From positions 1 to 64,000 of the IMG/VR virus record IMGVR_UViG_3300042562_002450: a stretch of DNA of 64,000 bases; one strand, given 5' to 3'. Positions 1-8,529 of this stretch are shown piece after piece; position 1 is the first letter of the stretch, and each line of letters starts with the position of its first letter. The notes below the pieces were generated by a model, which was not told where the DNA came from, did no database searches, and saw nothing but the letters and a program-made list of their open reading frames with translations. Origin of the DNA: a virus. A program made the position numbers and the translations under genes.

Positions 1-1
1 A

Positions 2-229
2 ACAGAAACTGTTACTAAGTATGTAACTTCATATGCTTTAAAGCATTATGTTGAAAGAACATTAGCTATTCAAACTAATAATGAAATTAATTATGTTTCT
101 AATGAAGAAATTATTAAAGCTATGGATTTAGCTGGATTTAAATGTGTTCCTACTTATAAAGGTTCTATTAATTGTCATTTTAATTTGTCTCGTAGAAGTA
201 TGCTTGAAGTTTTTAAATTAGTTATTTAG
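2..229 (+). CDS. Hypothetical protein, 3' part (truncated by window start)
   Basis: Open frame 2..229 ending TAG; contains SYALKH..YVSNEEIIKAM..AGF, resembling the SYGLKH motif of phage hypotheticals. Confidence 0.6.
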   Translation, partial: TETVTKYVTSYALKHYVERTLAIQTNNEINYVSNEEIIKAMDLAGFKCVPTYKGSINCHFNLSRRSMLEVFKLVI

Positions 230-320
230 TTTAAATATTGAATAAATAATTGTTTTTCTTTTTATTCCATATCAATCCTTGTGTTCCTTCCTTTAGGAAG
301 GTTAATAAATCCAATTTTGT

Positions 321-596
321 TTGGATAACATGGAGGTTTGTATGGGTGATATTAATAAAGATGCTATGTATCCTGAAGGTGTTGATCCTAATCTTGTAGA
401 CGATAGTCATAATGCTAGAGGTCAATGGTCTCCTTATTCTGAAAAACAACGTAAAGCTGCAGCTGTGCTTATTAGGGGATATCAAGCTTCAGGTATGTCT
501 TTGAAGGAAGCTACGGATGAAGCTTTTAAAGTTGTTGGGGAACCTGAGAATATTGATGAAGTTACTCAGGGTAAGCAAAAAAAAGTTAAACATTAA
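321..596 (+). CDS. Hypothetical protein
   Basis: 91 aa ORF; start codon uncertain; no motif recognised. Confidence 0.6.
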   Translation: MDNMEVCMGDINKDAMYPEGVDPNLVDDSHNARGQWSPYSEKQRKAAAVLIRGYQASGMSLKEATDEAFKVVGEPENIDEVTQGKQKKVKH

Positions 597-684
597 GTAA
601 TAAGGGTATTAGCTTTACCTTGGTTAATATTAAATGTGAAGGTATAAAATACACGCCCTTTGTTTTAAATATAAAGGATTTTAA

Positions 685-909
685 ATGAATATTTTTAGAA
701 GAAGAAATGGAATTAAAGAGTTTAATGAAGATGGAGATGAAGTTTTACCTTGTGGTGTTTATGATGAATATGGTGTTTTAGATGAAAGAACTGAGGAAGA
801 AGTCAATCGTGATATTGAAAAATTTAATAAAAGTATTCGTGAAAAATATCAAGTAATTTCTATAAATGATAATGTTAAAGAAATTGAAAAAAACAGTTTA
901 ATGAAATGA
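685..909 (+). CDS. Hypothetical acidic protein
   Basis: 74 aa ORF with AAGGA RBS. Confidence 0.6.
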   Translation: MNIFRRRNGIKEFNEDGDEVLPCGVYDEYGVLDERTEEEVNRDIEKFNKSIREKYQVISINDNVKEIEKNSLMK

Positions 910-931
910 ATTATTTAATTTAGGAGATATT

Positions 932-1156
932 ATGTCTAAGTTGACTGCTTCACATCGTGCTGCATTAAGAGATGAAGATTTTGCTTTTCCTAAAGAAAGA
1001 AAGTATCCGATTTATGATAAAGGACATGCTCAATATGCTATTAAAATAGCTTCTATTCATAAAAGTGATGGGAGTATGAGTGTTAGTAAGTATAATACTT
1101 TAATTAAAAAAATAAATGAAAAGTATGGTTGGAAAGCTAAAATAATAAAAATATGA
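932..1156 (+). CDS. DUF6582-like small phage protein
   Basis: LRDEDFAFPKERKYPIYDKGHA matches the phage DFAFPKERKYP-x-D motif; AGGAG RBS. Confidence 0.7.
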   Translation: MSKLTASHRAALRDEDFAFPKERKYPIYDKGHAQYAIKIASIHKSDGSMSVSKYNTLIKKINEKYGWKAKIIKI

Positions 1157-1251
1157 TAAATAAATTTTAATGATTTATTTGATTTTTATATTTTAATGTT
1201 TTTAAAAAATTAAAATAAGTTAATGTTTTGTATTTTTTATTAGGAAATATT

Positions 1252-1593
1252 ATGAATATTTTGATTATTGAAGATGATGAATTATTACTTGAAGTTATGT
1301 TGTGTGCTTTTGAGGATAAAGAATGTAAAATTTTTACTTCTTATTCTATAGAAGATGCCTATAGTAAACTTCAAGATATTAATGTTGTTATATGTGATTC
1401 TTTTTTAGGAAAAGAATTTTCATTTATAAATTCTTGTAGAGATAAAGGTATGTATTGTATTTATCATACTGGTCGTGCATATATAACTGATGAAGAATAT
1501 TATGTATTTGATTGTGTTATTGAAAAACCAAATATGTCTTTTTTGTTTAAAAAAGTAAATAGTTTAATTAATGATTTTATGATTTGTGTTTAA
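1252..1593 (+). CDS. Stand-alone response regulator receiver (CheY-like) protein
   Basis: MNILIIEDD acidic pocket, VICD phospho-Asp, HTG, EKP; AGGAA RBS before ATG 1252. Confidence 0.8.
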   Translation: MNILIIEDDELLLEVMLCAFEDKECKIFTSYSIEDAYSKLQDINVVICDSFLGKEFSFINSCRDKGMYCIYHTGRAYITDEEYYVFDCVIEKPNMSFLFKKVNSLINDFMICV

Positions 1594-1620
1594 TTTTTTT
1601 ATTTAATATAAGGAATTATA

Positions 1621-1890
1621 ATGAATATTATTAAATATCAAAATACTGAGAGTCTTCGACTCTCTTTTTTATTGCAGCCTTTGGCTGCTGTGTTTTGTTT
1701 TTTCTTTATTCCATTTAAATCTTTTGGAATTAAAATCTTTTTTGCATTTCTTATAAAAAGTTTTGTGTATTCTTTTATTCTTTTTATTAAAGTTTTATAT
1801 TTTTTATTTCACTTTCTTGTTCAAACTGTTTGGTTAAAATGGTTTTGTAACTTGAATTTGAGATTGAAATTGAATATAAAACTTGATTAA
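1621..1890 (+). CDS. Possible hydrophobic hypothetical protein
   Basis: AAGGA RBS; Phe-rich, but this may simply reflect T-rich DNA. Confidence 0.35.
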   Translation: MNIIKYQNTESLRLSFLLQPLAAVFCFFFIPFKSFGIKIFFAFLIKSFVYSFILFIKVLYFLFHFLVQTVWLKWFCNLNLRLKLNIKLD

Positions 1891-1914
1891 ATTTAATTGA
1901 TTTAAGAACTTAAT

Positions 1915-2024
1915 ACTTTGTTAAGCGTTGGTACCCAACTATGCCCAGGTATTGGAAACTTTGCTAAGCGTTGGTTAGTCATAAAACTGGGAAGCTGTGT
2001 TGGGTTTGGTAAGCGTTGGTACCC
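1915..2024. repeat. Three spaced direct repeats, TTTGNTAAGCGTTGGT(ACCC)
   Basis: Copies start at 1917, 1960 and 2005 (periods 43 and 45) with unrelated spacers. Confidence 0.85.
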
Positions 2025-2104
2025 CATATAAATAACGAATAAGTCTATAGGTCATTAAAAGACCTAAGAGCAATTAAGCTCAAAATATAAAATAGGAGTA
2101 TTTT

Positions 2105-2536
2105 ATGAAAACGAACACACTACAAACGACGCTACGCCTTATGATGGTTAAAGAGCCACAAGAGATTGAGAACAAGTGGATTACTAAAGATGGTAAAGAG
2201 CATTCACGTATTCGTGAATCACTAGAGGCTTATCTACTAGGCACTGGAGTTCCTTTGACTCTTATTGATTTGAATATCAATAAATTTCAAAATGGTAAGC
2301 ATTATCGCGATGTTAAGTTAACTGATTTGTTTAAGTCATTCATTAAGAATGAAGATGATCTAAAGACAGGTCGCAAGGTTTTGCTTGCTCATGTTGAGCT
2401 TATTCCAGTAAAGAATAACTTTGCTGAGAACGAATCTATTAACAGATTTGAGCCTTATCTTACTGGTTATGATATTGCTGACGCAACGCTAGTTGATACT
2501 CAAGAAGTTGAGAGTATTCGCCAGTTTGTTGGTTAA
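2105..2536 (+). CDS. Hypothetical protein
   Basis: 143 aa, AGGAG RBS, own terminator. Confidence 0.75.
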   Translation: MKTNTLQTTLRLMMVKEPQEIENKWITKDGKEHSRIRESLEAYLLGTGVPLTLIDLNINKFQNGKHYRDVKLTDLFKSFIKNEDDLKTGRKVLLAHVELIPVKNNFAENESINRFEPYLTGYDIADATLVDTQEVESIRQFVG

Positions 2537-2544
2537 TTGATTTT

Positions 2545-2581
2545 GTGGGTTGTTTCGTATAGAATGCAACCCACGACTTTT
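2545..2581 (+). terminator. Rho-independent terminator
   Basis: GTGGGTTG/CAACCCAC stem followed by a T run. Confidence 0.7.
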
Positions 2582-2608
2582 AATTACTTTTAGCCAATGG
2601 AGGTTAAT

Positions 2609-3142
2609 ATGAATTTCTTAACTCTCCTTCTTCTATTCTTTTCAATTCAAACTTATGCAAGTATTGACATGGAAAAGAAAATAGAGAAGGTCTGCCAAAA
2701 AATGCATTACAAAGACTGCTCACTGGTTAAAGCAATCGTAAAGATTGAATCAAACTTTAACCCTTTAAGTATTGGGGCTGATGGAAAAGGGAGTCTTGGT
2801 CTTACACAGATAATGTGCGATACAGCATGGACGCTTGATAGAATTAATGGAAGAAGAAGCATTAACTGCAATAGACTGTTTATACCAGAAGTAAATATTC
2901 AATATGGAATTGAATATTTAAATCACTTGGAAAGTTTGCTTTCTATTAAGCCAAACTTATATGAACTGCTCTCTGCTTATAATGGTGGTTATGCTTTTAA
3001 TAGAAGAACAAAATCATACGAGGTAAAGAGATGCAACGCTATTAGTCGGAAGAAAGGTAGACTTTGTCGACCTGGTGAGCCATTTAATATTGCATATGCA
3101 AAAAAAGTTATTTCAGTTTATTTAAAAATTAAAGGGGATTAA
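2609..3142 (+). CDS. Lytic transglycosylase (SLT domain) with N-terminal signal/anchor
   Basis: AIVKIESNFNP (catalytic Glu), GLTQIM, AYNGG; hydrophobic N-terminus. Confidence 0.85.
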   Translation: MNFLTLLLLFFSIQTYASIDMEKKIEKVCQKMHYKDCSLVKAIVKIESNFNPLSIGADGKGSLGLTQIMCDTAWTLDRINGRRSINCNRLFIPEVNIQYGIEYLNHLESLLSIKPNLYELLSAYNGGYAFNRRTKSYEVKRCNAISRKKGRLCRPGEPFNIAYAKKVISVYLKIKGD

Positions 3143-3165
3143 TATCCCCTTATAAAGGAGTATTT

Positions 3166-3417
3166 ATGATTAAGCTTATACAAAATAGAACTATAGGATT
3201 ACAGAAAAAAACAATTCAAGATAGTACGACAGTTATTAACTGTAATGCATGTTGTGGAACAGGAATAACCACAATAACATTACCAGCAGGATCTATTCGC
3301 AACCTAAAGGTGAAAAGCCAATTGCTTGTCCTTCAAAATGAATGTGAGAAGTGTGAAAATGGTAAAGTGACTACAAAGCTACGTATTATCAGAAAGAACT
3401 TATTATCTTTGGTTTAA
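3166..3417 (+). CDS. DnaJ-like zinc-finger hypothetical protein
   Basis: CNACCGTG and CEKCENG motifs. Confidence 0.55.
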   Translation: MIKLIQNRTIGLQKKTIQDSTTVINCNACCGTGITTITLPAGSIRNLKVKSQLLVLQNECEKCENGKVTTKLRIIRKNLLSLV

Positions 3418-3418
3418 T

Positions 3419-3709
3419 ATGAACGATTCAATATGGAACTATGTAGACTTTAGTAAGTATGATGATTCATTAGAATTTAAAGGTGCATGTTATACATGCG
3501 AGCCAGTAGCTATGCTTAATCTAGAATTAGATAATCAAAATAAGGATCTTCTAGCTGCACTAGATCTTGCTACCGCTCGCCTTTTATCTGCATGTAATCC
3601 TGATATTTTTACAGACCTAATGGAATCTGCAGCAATAGCTAAAGAGCTTAGGTTAACATTCTTTGGAGTTGATAATGGGAAGCAACAGGAAATCAATATT
3701 CTTCACTAG
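3419..3709 (+). CDS. Hypothetical protein
   Basis: 96 aa ORF in co-directional run. Confidence 0.6.
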   Translation: MNDSIWNYVDFSKYDDSLEFKGACYTCEPVAMLNLELDNQNKDLLAALDLATARLLSACNPDIFTDLMESAAIAKELRLTFFGVDNGKQQEINILH

Positions 3710-4310
3710 TGACTGGCATATTGGTCATGCAAATTCAATAGTTTTTGATGAAAGACCATTCAAAGATATTCAGGACATGCATAAGGGATTGATCAAAAGA
3801 TTTAATGCTAATGTTCCGCCAGATGGTGTTACGTATTTCCTTGGAGATATGGGTGTCTGTGGTAGTACATTAACCTTTGAAGTTATGAACAAATTAAATG
3901 GAATAAAAGTTCTAGTTTTAGGCAATCATGACAAGCAACATAACGCTATGTATGGTTGTGGTTTTGATGTAGTTTTAAATGGAGCTGTTCTCCAAATTGC
4001 AGGGGAACGTGTGACTATGTCTCACTGTCCTTTGATGGGAGTTTTCAGGGAAGATTTAAGTCACATTCCTATAGAAAAACAAGTAGAAAATGCTAACTGG
4101 CATGGCGAACATAAAAATAAACGATTTTCATTTGAAGATGAAGGTCAATTTCATTTGCATGGGCACATACATTCTAGTAACAAAACTAAAAACAAGAAAC
4201 CTATTTTAGGTAAGCAGTATGATGTTGGGGTTCCAGCTCATAATTACTTGCCTGTTTCAATTAGTCAAATAGAGTCATGGATATCTAAATACAAAAAAGG
4301 AATAAAATGA
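3675..4310 (+). CDS. Calcineurin-like metallophosphoesterase
   Basis: SDWH, LGD, GNHD and HGHIH motifs. Confidence 0.85.
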   Translation: MGSNRKSIFFTSDWHIGHANSIVFDERPFKDIQDMHKGLIKRFNANVPPDGVTYFLGDMGVCGSTLTFEVMNKLNGIKVLVLGNHDKQHNAMYGCGFDVVLNGAVLQIAGERVTMSHCPLMGVFREDLSHIPIEKQVENANWHGEHKNKRFSFEDEGQFHLHGHIHSSNKTKNKKPILGKQYDVGVPAHNYLPVSISQIESWISKYKKGIK

Positions 4311-4531
4311 ATAATAGAATTGCATTCGAAATTAAAATGACACCTGATAAGTTATTGGAAATGCTTCAGTACGCCAAAAGTGCTCAAGAACATATGTGCG
4401 AAGGCCAAACATTTAGACTTGAAGTTTCTTATAATGTTGATTTTGTATTTGCTGGATTAAAGCCATTTAAGTCAAATGTTGGCTCATCTCGAGATTCTGA
4501 GATGCTAAGAGACTTACCGGTAATACAATGA
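4307..4531 (+). CDS. Hypothetical protein
   Basis: ATGA overlap with upstream gene. Confidence 0.6.
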   Translation: MNNRIAFEIKMTPDKLLEMLQYAKSAQEHMCEGQTFRLEVSYNVDFVFAGLKPFKSNVGSSRDSEMLRDLPVIQ

Positions 4532-4920
4532 AAGATCAATTAACCGTTGTTCTAGCATTAATAAATTCAATAGATGGAAAGCATTTAGTTATCCATCGTT
4601 TAAAAGAAAACGATTATGGCTTCCCTGGTGGTAAGGTTAAAGAAGATGAAAGCTTAATAGATGCATTAGTTAGAGAGGTTCAAGAAGAAACAGGACTTTG
4701 TTTAAATAAGGAAAACTTTATACTAATCAATGGTTTAGTCCGAAATGAAAATAATAAAGAGCTTACTATTTTTACGTATGCTTATACTGATTTAATTTCT
4801 GATTCTGTAAAACTGACAACTGAAGAAAAGCATATAGATCCAATGTTAATGAATCCAGCTCTTTTTTATTCTCTTACTTCTTTTAAAGAATATTATAAAA
4901 ATTTATATTTAGAATGCTAA
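4528..4920 (+). CDS. NUDIX hydrolase
   Basis: Nudix box GGKVKEDESLIDALVREVQEETG. Confidence 0.9.
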   Translation: MKDQLTVVLALINSIDGKHLVIHRLKENDYGFPGGKVKEDESLIDALVREVQEETGLCLNKENFILINGLVRNENNKELTIFTYAYTDLISDSVKLTTEEKHIDPMLMNPALFYSLTSFKEYYKNLYLEC

Positions 4921-4931
4921 AAGGATTGACT

Positions 4932-5102
4932 ATGAATTTTAACCCAATATCTTATGTAACACTAAGTAGAATGAAAAAACTTACTGCTTCTGCTAACTAC
5001 AATTTAAACGAAAGCAAAAATAAAGACTCAAGATGTCTTTTTATTTTATCTACAATATTTGCTTTAGTTTGTTTTCTTGTTTCAATGTATTTTAGATCAT
5101 AA
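4932..5102 (+). CDS. Small membrane protein
   Basis: C-terminal hydrophobic helix; AAGGA RBS. Confidence 0.5.
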   Translation: MNFNPISYVTLSRMKKLTASANYNLNESKNKDSRCLFILSTIFALVCFLVSMYFRS

Positions 5103-5114
5103 CAATTATTTAGT

Positions 5115-5191
5115 GGGATTATAGCTCAGTTGGTTAGAGCTCCCGGCTCATAACCGGGTGGTCGTAGGTTCAAGTCCTACTGGTCCCACCA
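5115..5191 (+). tRNA. tRNA with CAT anticodon (probably Ile2, otherwise Met)
   Basis: Full cloverleaf, loop CTCATAA, encoded CCA; D and T arms resemble bacterial tRNA-Ile2. Confidence 0.9.
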
Positions 5192-5225
5192 CTTTACAAT
5201 TAAGACAATCTGCAGGAGATAATAA

Positions 5226-5411
5226 ATGAGCACTACGTATATGCAATTACTTGAATCAAATGAAATCTTAAAAAGAACTTTAGAAGTAGTTGAAAGTTCT
5301 TTAAATAATAAAATAGAAGAACTCCAAGGAAAACTTGAAGAAGAAAAACAATTCTATCAAATCTTATCTGAAGAATACAATAAGATTAAGAAACAAGTAA
5401 AACTGTTTTAA
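5226..5411 (+). CDS. Hypothetical coiled-coil protein
   Basis: AGGAG RBS; heptad-like sequence. Confidence 0.6.
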   Translation: MSTTYMQLLESNEILKRTLEVVESSLNNKIEELQGKLEEEKQFYQILSEEYNKIKKQVKLF

Positions 5412-5453
5412 CTATAATTCAAGTAGAGATACTAAAACTCAAGGAGTTGATTA

Positions 5454-5840
5454 ATGGACTTACCAATGCAGTATCCACCAAAATTTAAAGATGTTGGTGG
5501 AATGGAATGTCCTAAGAACTATTACGCTTATGATCAAACAACAAGAGATTGTTCAGTATGTGGGCAAGCTAAGCTATACCAAAGATGTCATCAATATGAA
5601 GACCGCGCCGCTTGTGCTGGTTGGGTTCATCCAATGTTTGGGCCTTTATCTTGTGAAGCTTATGTTGAGCTAGATATGATGATAGATCAAAAGCCAAAAA
5701 CAGCAGAATGTTCTGAATGTAAAAAAACAATACCTGAAGACTTTATGATTATCAAGACTAATGGATTAGTTTGTTATGACTGTGATGATCCAGATTGGGC
5801 AAAAGACATACCGTCTTTTGAAGAAAGAGGTGCAGTATGA
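5454..5840 (+). CDS. Cys-rich putative zinc-binding protein
   Basis: Multiple CxxC pairs; AAGGAG RBS. Confidence 0.6.
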   Translation: MDLPMQYPPKFKDVGGMECPKNYYAYDQTTRDCSVCGQAKLYQRCHQYEDRAACAGWVHPMFGPLSCEAYVELDMMIDQKPKTAECSECKKTIPEDFMIIKTNGLVCYDCDDPDWAKDIPSFEERGAV

Positions 5841-5986
5841 ATGAAGACAAATTAGTAATATATCATTCAGATGAATGGGAACTACTTGTAACTCCACAAT
5901 ATCTTGGATCCTTTTTTGGTTGGCACTCTTGGATTACATGGTCAGTAGATGAAAACATAGCAACAATGAAATGGAGTAAGCTATGA
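5837..5986 (+). CDS. Small Trp-rich hypothetical protein (49 aa)
   Basis: ATGA overlaps on both sides; not in the supplied ORF track. Confidence 0.5.
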   Translation: MNEDKLVIYHSDEWELLVTPQYLGSFFGWHSWITWSVDENIATMKWSKL

Positions 5987-6171
5987 AAGAATTAAGAAAT
6001 TGTCCATTTTGTGGCAGTGAAGCAGATACTAGTTTAGATCATGGGACACCGCAAGTATTCTGTAAAGAAATAGAAAAATGCGGCATTTTTATGCTTGATT
6101 TTGATAGTCCATTCCTAGATGAAGTTATACTTAAATGGAATAAAAGAGCAAAAGATCTCTACGAGGAATAA
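5983..6171 (+). CDS. Lar-family restriction alleviation-like protein
   Basis: LRNCPFCG...C..C...WNKR pattern. Confidence 0.7.
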   Translation: MKELRNCPFCGSEADTSLDHGTPQVFCKEIEKCGIFMLDFDSPFLDEVILKWNKRAKDLYEE

Positions 6172-6172
6172 T

Positions 6173-6475
6173 ATGAAATCATATGAATTGAAAATGAGCA
6201 TGTGTGTTAACCGTGAACATTACCTTGAACAACTTGTTCAGTTACTTAAAGAAGAAAAAGAAGAATTCTTTCAATTAATTAAAATTGCTGGAAGTTTCTT
6301 GGAAGATAGTGAAAACAACTATGAGAAACATGCTCCTAATTGTAATTTCAACAATGGCTGGAGCTCTGAAGGTAAATACTGCACATGTGGTGCATCTGAT
6401 TGGATGATGAAAAGAAAAAAGATAATTTCATTTATTAATGAATCTATTGTAAATGAGTCTTCATATCAAACCTGA
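6173..6475 (+). CDS. Hypothetical protein
   Basis: GAGG RBS; H-x3-C...CTCG motif. Confidence 0.6.
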   Translation: MKSYELKMSMCVNREHYLEQLVQLLKEEKEEFFQLIKIAGSFLEDSENNYEKHAPNCNFNNGWSSEGKYCTCGASDWMMKRKKIISFINESIVNESSYQT

Positions 6476-6737
6476 ACAAAGCAGTATCAAAAGGATAATT
6501 ATGTCTTACGAATCTTGGGGCAATGAATGGAAAGATCATGATGAAATCATTAAACTTAGAGCAGAAAGTGAAAAGTTGAAGCTACAAGTTAGAATAGCAA
6601 CGACAGCATTAGAATGCATTGAAGATCCTCGTAAAATGAATCACTCAGAAAAAGACGATTATACCCAGAAGGCATGCCTAATGAATGTAGCCCATGTTGC
6701 ATTAAAGGTTATGAGGGGTGAGTATGTCGAAGTATGA
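6453..6737 (+). CDS. Hypothetical protein
   Basis: ORF in co-directional run; start uncertain. Confidence 0.55.
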   Translation: MSLHIKPEQSSIKRIIMSYESWGNEWKDHDEIIKLRAESEKLKLQVRIATTALECIEDPRKMNHSEKDDYTQKACLMNVAHVALKVMRGEYVEV

Positions 6738-6842
6738 AAAGATGCGCCTATGGCTAATTGTAATACAGATAATTATTGGTATATATGCTGTAGTCTTTCA
6801 CTTTAAACCAATGCCAATGGCACAAACAGAATGTAGGTAATT

Positions 6843-7124
6843 ATGAATCATATAGTACAAGAGATTGTAATTATATTAGAAGAAAATGCTAAATTAAAAA
6901 GTGCCCTCGGCTTTTATGCTTATGAAGCCAGAGATCATGTTGTAATGGAAATGAATGGTCAAAGAATGTCTGGAATTAAATTTGCTGCTGATGCTTGGGG
7001 CGATAAAGCTCGAGAATGTCTAAAAAGCATAGGACTAAACAAGCATGATTACTTTGAAGAAAAACAAAGAAAAGAAGCTATATTGCAGCACATAGCTCCA
7101 GTGCTTGAAATGAAAAGAAAATAA
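6843..7124 (+). CDS. Hypothetical protein
   Basis: 93 aa ORF. Confidence 0.6.
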   Translation: MNHIVQEIVIILEENAKLKSALGFYAYEARDHVVMEMNGQRMSGIKFAADAWGDKARECLKSIGLNKHDYFEEKQRKEAILQHIAPVLEMKRK

Positions 7125-7163
7125 AAATATTAGATAATCTGTCCAGCCGGTTTCACCATTTTA

Positions 7164-7237
7164 TGGTCTGTAGCTCAACTAGAGCAACGTAACTAATAAT
7201 ACGTAGATGCGAACTTAAGATGTTCGCTAGACCACCA
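7164..7237 (+). pseudogene. Degenerate tRNA-like element
   Basis: Acceptor, D (GCTC/GAGC), anticodon (ACGTA/TACGT, 8-nt loop) and T arms present; T loop TTAAGAT and 3' end non-canonical. Confidence 0.6.
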
Positions 7238-7266
7238 TTTTAAAGGAAATTCTATGCATCCAATAT

Positions 7267-7599
7267 ATGGGAAATGCCATAAAGACTACAGTTCTACAGA
7301 TGCTGATAAATGCGAAGAAAAAGAAACAGGTTGTCCGGCTTGTAAAGATAGACCATGTAAACAAGAATGGTGTCCATTCACTAAAAAGGAAGATTCTAAT
7401 GATAAATGATTTACATGAATTATTAAAAAACAAAGAAAACTACTCAGTTACTATTCGGCTTTGGCCTTTGGATGAAGTTGATATTATTATCATGGATCAG
7501 TCTGAAGTCTATGAACCATCAAAACAAATATTTAGCTGCAATGAAGAAAGTTTAGATGATGCTTTAATTAAAACAATAGATTTCTTGGAGAACCTATGA
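7267..7599 (+). CDS. Hypothetical protein
   Basis: 110 aa ORF. Confidence 0.55.
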   Translation: MGNAIKTTVLQMLINAKKKKQVVRLVKIDHVNKNGVHSLKRKILMINDLHELLKNKENYSVTIRLWPLDEVDIIIMDQSEVYEPSKQIFSCNEESLDDALIKTIDFLENL

Positions 7600-7868
7600 A
7601 TAGAGAAAATATACTAATAGGAATAGAACTACTTAGGTTTGCTGCAAAGATTAATCAACAGATGATTGAATGCGGTGAAGTCTTAACGGGTACACCTTTT
7701 TCAGAAGAAGATGCAAACAAGCTCCAATGCGAAATCATTGCTGCAGTTGAATGTATTGAAATCCTTGAAAACTATATGAAAAATGATATTGCAAAAGAAA
7801 TGATAAAGAATTACATCGGACAGCTATCGCAAGAAGGTGATCATTCAGATCATGACTTTCATGACTAA
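7596..7868 (+). CDS. Hypothetical protein
   Basis: GGAG RBS; ATGA overlap. Confidence 0.6.
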   Translation: MNRENILIGIELLRFAAKINQQMIECGEVLTGTPFSEEDANKLQCEIIAAVECIEILENYMKNDIAKEMIKNYIGQLSQEGDHSDHDFHD

Positions 7869-8034
7869 AGAAAAGCCAAGGATAGGTGATATGATTTCTC
7901 TTTTTAATAATGGAACAAAAATAAATGTTACTGTTTACAAAATGTCTGAACATCATATAACATTCACAATGAAAGATAAAAAGTTGTGGTGCATGACTTG
8001 GAGTGATTTTTTTAATAAAAAAGAAGGATATTAA
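7837..8034 (+). CDS. Hypothetical protein
   Basis: 65 aa ORF; start uncertain. Confidence 0.5.
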   Translation: MIIQIMTFMTKEKPRIGDMISLFNNGTKINVTVYKMSEHHITFTMKDKKLWCMTWSDFFNKKEGY

Positions 8035-8337
8035 ATGACAACAGAAACTGAAGTAAATAAAACCATTAACAAAGTTGTATTCGTAACTGCTCCATGGTGT
8101 CAACCATGTGCCGCTTATAAGCCAAATATTGATTCTGCATCGGCTTCTATTAAGTCTTATGGATATGCTATTGAATACATTAATGCAGATGAAGATAGAC
8201 AATTTTGCAAAGACTATTTAATTCGTGGTGTTCCTTCAACACTAATCTTCCATGGAGATAAAGTTGTTGAGCAATTTGCAGGTAATAAAACAAAAGAAGA
8301 ATTACTAGAAAAGATATATAAAGTTTCAGAAATCTAG
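8035..8337 (+). CDS. trxA: Thioredoxin
   Basis: WCQPC active site; GVPS cis-Pro loop. Confidence 0.85.
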   Translation: MTTETEVNKTINKVVFVTAPWCQPCAAYKPNIDSASASIKSYGYAIEYINADEDRQFCKDYLIRGVPSTLIFHGDKVVEQFAGNKTKEELLEKIYKVSEI

Positions 8338-8529
8338 TGCTTATATTTTTTTAAGTTCTGCTGTAAATGCAGGATACCTTAAAACTTTTATAAGTAATTA
8401 GACCGTCTTGGTCACGCGGATACGAACTGCCCGAAAGGGTCTACTCCCCCTCAGCATTGCGTCTCAGGCCATAGTAGGACCAATTTTATTTAAGTATAGA
8501 TGCTAAAAACATCAACGGTTTTATTAAAT

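Noticed and set aside
1915-2024. Triple repeat as a CRISPR mini-array or pistol ribozyme (TAAGCGTTG)
   Set aside because: Only three 16-20 nt non-palindromic repeats with short spacers; the upstream P1 hairpin and pseudoknot partner required for pistol are absent.
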